A stretch of DNA of 37,307 nucleotides from Archangiaceae bacterium (GTDB lineage: Bacteria; Myxococcota; Myxococcia; Myxococcales; Myxococcaceae), in NCBI GenBank assembly GCA_043750125.1, contig JAYVCD010000188.1, positions 1-37,307 on the forward strand, in the 5' to 3' direction. Made by a program: the position numbers and the translations under genes. Of this stretch, positions 34,783 through 37,307 are shown one piece after another; the first letter of the stretch is position 1, and each line of letters starts with the position of its first letter. The notes below the pieces were generated by a model that was not told where the DNA came from, did not search any database, and saw nothing but the letters and a program-made list of their open reading frames with translations.

Positions 34783-35997
34783 ATGGCGATTGCCCCCCGC
34801 GACGTCCGTGCGCTCTTCCCCGCGGTGGGGCGGCACACGTACCTCAATGCGGCCGCGTCTTCTCCGCTGGCTTTGCCGGTTTCCCAGGCGATCGAAGCCC
34901 ACCTCAAGGACACCGTCGAGAACGGAGACCTCTCGTTCGGAACCTGGCTCGAGCTCAAAGAGAAGCTGCGCGGGCGGGTGGCGCGGTGCCTGGGCGCCGA
35001 GCCTTCGACCGTCGGCTTCGTCCCGTCGACCTCGATCGGGTTTTCGGTCATCGGCAGTTTGCTCAAGAGCCGGGGGATCACCGAAGTGCTGACCCTGGAA
35101 GGCGAGTTCCCCTCGACCACCTTGCCCCTCCTTCACCGCGGGTTGACGCTGAAGGTGGTCAAGCGCCGCCCGGACGGCAGCTACCCGGTCGAAGACATCG
35201 AGGCCGCGCTGACCCCGTTGACCGGAGCGATCGCGTTGTCCGCGGTTCAATACTCGAGCGGGTACCGGGTCGACCTCTCGCAGATCGCCGCGCTCTGCCA
35301 GATTCGCGGGCTGAAGCTGGCAATCAACGCCGCGCAGGCAATGGGCCAGGTGCCGATCAACGTCACCGCGCTGGGCGCCGATTTCCTCTGTGCTCCGAGC
35401 CACAAGTGGATGATGGGCGGCTACGGGGTCGGGCTCTTCTACGCGCGCAAAGAATGGCACGACCCGGCGGCCTGGCCTTTTGGCGGGTGGCTTTCCGTCG
35501 CCGATGACGACTTGTTCAAGCCCTTCGTCGGGGCCGAGCGGTTCGACGACGAGACCGGCTTTCTGGCCCGCGGCGCGCGGTTCAAGGCCGAGCCCGCCTC
35601 GCTCGAGGCCGGCAGCCCCGCGTGGTCGACGTTCTTCGCGCTCGATGCAGCGATGGGCATTCACGAAGGGTTGGGCATCGACACCACCCGCGCGCAGATC
35701 GTCAAGCTGCAGACCCGGCTGCGCGCCCGACTGCGTTCACTGGGGTTCGTGCCCAACGCGCCGGACGACGTGATCCACTTGAGCGGGATCTGCACCATCG
35801 GAGTCGACGCAGACCCGAACGCCGCGGTGCGGGCGCTGCTCAAAGTCGGAGTGGTGACCACTGCGCGCGGCGGAGGGGTCAGAATTTCGACCCACGTCTT
35901 CAACGAAGAGGAAGACCTCGAAAAGCTGTTCCACGCCCTGGCCGCGGCGGGAATCAAACCCTGGCCGGGCAGCTCGTCTTCCGGCGCGAGGCCATAG
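34783..35997 (+). CDS. PLP-dependent class V aminotransferase-family enzyme
   Basis: Motifs YLNAAASSP, EFPS, the PLP lysine in APSHKWMMG, and VRISTHVFN. No SufS/IscS catalytic Cys loop is apparent. Confidence 0.88.
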   Translation: MAIAPRDVRALFPAVGRHTYLNAAASSPLALPVSQAIEAHLKDTVENGDLSFGTWLELKEKLRGRVARCLGAEPSTVGFVPSTSIGFSVIGSLLKSRGITEVLTLEGEFPSTTLPLLHRGLTLKVVKRRPDGSYPVEDIEAALTPLTGAIALSAVQYSSGYRVDLSQIAALCQIRGLKLAINAAQAMGQVPINVTALGADFLCAPSHKWMMGGYGVGLFYARKEWHDPAAWPFGGWLSVADDDLFKPFVGAERFDDETGFLARGARFKAEPASLEAGSPAWSTFFALDAAMGIHEGLGIDTTRAQIVKLQTRLRARLRSLGFVPNAPDDVIHLSGICTIGVDADPNAAVRALLKVGVVTTARGGGVRISTHVFNEEEDLEKLFHALAAAGIKPWPGSSSSGARP

Positions 35998-36001
35998 GCC
36001 G

Positions 36002-37006
36002 ATGGAACGCACCGAACGCTTGCTGGACCTGGTCGCGCTGCTGCTGGACGCGCGGCAGCCGGTGCCGTGGCGACAGATTCGCGCCGCCTTTCCGGACGAC
36101 TACGGGGAGAGCCTTTCGGAAGATGCGGCCGATCGAAAGTTCGAGCGCGACAAGTCCGAGCTGCTCGAGCTGGGAATTCCCCTCGCGTTCGTGCAGGCGA
36201 AAGACGACGACGCGCCGGCGGGCTACGTGGTCGACAAGAACGCGTACTACCTGCCCGAAGTGGGGCTCAAGCCCGACGAGCTGGCGGTGCTCTACGCGGC
36301 GGGCTCGGCCGCGCTGGCCTCGGGGGCCTTTCCCGGTTCGCAAGACCTGGCCCACGCGCTGCGAAAGATCGGCTTTTTCGCCGGGGCTCCCCTGCCCGTG
36401 CCCCGGGTGCGGCTCGAGCTGGGTGGCATCGCCGACAGCAAAGGCTTGAGCGAACGGCTCGAGCAGCTGTGGGCGGCGATCTCGGCCAACAAGTTCATCG
36501 ACCTCCAATACTTTTCGCCGCGGAAGACCGAGACCACCGAGCGGCGGGTCGACCCCTACGGCCTCGCGCTTCGTCGGGGGCTGTGGTCGCTGGTCGGGTA
36601 TTGCCACCTGCGCAAAGGAGTTCGGACCTTTCACGTTCATCGGATTCAACGGCTGACCGTCAATTCCCGAGCTCCGCGCGCAGCGGACTTCGAAATTCCA
36701 AAGAGCTTCAAGCTCGAGGACTACGTCGCCACCTGGCCGTGGCAGCACCGCTTTCATCCTCCGATTGAAGTGTCGCTGCAGCTCAAGGGCGACCTGGCCC
36801 CGCTGGCCCATTCGCTGTTCGGAGTGCCCAGCACCGCCGCCGAAGACGGCGCCCACGTTGCGCTCAAGGCGACGGATCTCGACGGGCTGCTGAAGTACGT
36901 GGCCTCGCTGGGCTGCGACGCCAAAGTGCTGGGGCCCCCCGAAGCGGTCGACCGCCACCGCGGCCTGCTGCAGAACATCGTCGCCGCGCACCGGACCGCC
37001 CGATGA
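36002..37006 (+). CDS. pafB: WYL-domain transcriptional regulator, PafB-like
   Basis: MERTERLLDLVALLL, RKFERDKSELLELGIP, YYLPEVGLKPDELAVL, and WYL domain RRVDPYGL...WSLVGYCHLRKGVRTFHVHRI. Symbol assigned by family resemblance. Confidence 0.85.
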   Translation: MERTERLLDLVALLLDARQPVPWRQIRAAFPDDYGESLSEDAADRKFERDKSELLELGIPLAFVQAKDDDAPAGYVVDKNAYYLPEVGLKPDELAVLYAAGSAALASGAFPGSQDLAHALRKIGFFAGAPLPVPRVRLELGGIADSKGLSERLEQLWAAISANKFIDLQYFSPRKTETTERRVDPYGLALRRGLWSLVGYCHLRKGVRTFHVHRIQRLTVNSRAPRAADFEIPKSFKLEDYVATWPWQHRFHPPIEVSLQLKGDLAPLAHSLFGVPSTAAEDGAHVALKATDLDGLLKYVASLGCDAKVLGPPEAVDRHRGLLQNIVAAHRTAR

Positions 37007-37307
37007 CCACCCTGGCCTACGAGCGTCTGCGCCGGTTGCTGTTCCTGGTGCCCTACGTCTCGCGCCACCCCGGCCAGAGCGTGGACCAGGTCGCCCGGGC
37101 CGCGGGCCTGACCCGCACCGAGCTGCTCTCGGAGCTCGAGCTGTTGACCCTGGTCGGGCGCCCTCCGTTCGAACCCAACGACTACGTCGACATCTATGTC
37201 GAAGACGACAAGCTGTTCGTCGCGCTGGACCAACGCTTCTCGGCCCCACCGCGGCTGACGGCGGCCGAAGGGGTCGCGCTCGCCGCCGCGGCCGAGCTGC
37301 TGCGCCC
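37003..37307 (+). CDS. pafC: WYL-domain regulator, PafC-like (3'-truncated by the window end; absent from the ORF track)
   Basis: ATGA overlap with the pafB-like stop. Translation MTTLAYERLRRLLFLVPYVSRHPGQSVDQVARAAGLTRTELLSELELLTLVGRPPFEPNDYVDI...PPRLTAAEGVAL matches the PafC N-terminal HTH pattern. Confidence 0.82.
   Translation, partial: MTTLAYERLRRLLFLVPYVSRHPGQSVDQVARAAGLTRTELLSELELLTLVGRPPFEPNDYVDIYVEDDKLFVALDQRFSAPPRLTAAEGVALAAAAELLR

Noticed and set aside
1-37307. CRISPR arrays, tRNA/rRNA genes, transposases, integrases, prophage genes
   Set aside because: No spaced direct repeats, cloverleaf patterns or mobile-element motifs were seen by eye. The WYL genes are not beside any visible cas or restriction genes within the window.

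Overview
High-GC chromosomal window, very probably from a myxobacterium (Myxococcota). This is inferred from a FrzCD-like receptor, a eukaryote-like Ser/Thr kinase and Cys-rich repeat proteins. Intact core genes: purS, purQ, purL, glgA, pdxH, aat, an isoaspartyl peptidase, a CNNM/CBS transporter, an MFS transporter, two hybrid histidine kinases and several lipoproteins. The right end carries a DNA-repair-flavoured neighbourhood: NHEJ ligD-ku, then a class V aminotransferase closely coupled to a PafB/PafC-like tandem WYL pair. Four patterns stand out. (1) About nine accessory loci appear to be collapsed stubs, with internal deletions, cross-gene fusions and +1 homopolymer frameshifts, while neighbouring core genes are intact. 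(2) A (TG)n-TA-NNNN -10-like element recurs 6-9 nt upstream of start codons, suggesting widespread leaderless transcription. (3) An orphan FrzCD paralog apparently lacks the basic N-terminal tail. (4) A histone-like small protein has its Shine-Dalgarno sequestered in a hairpin. No rRNA, tRNA, CRISPR array or intact mobile element was seen. All family calls are by motif recognition; no database searches were run.
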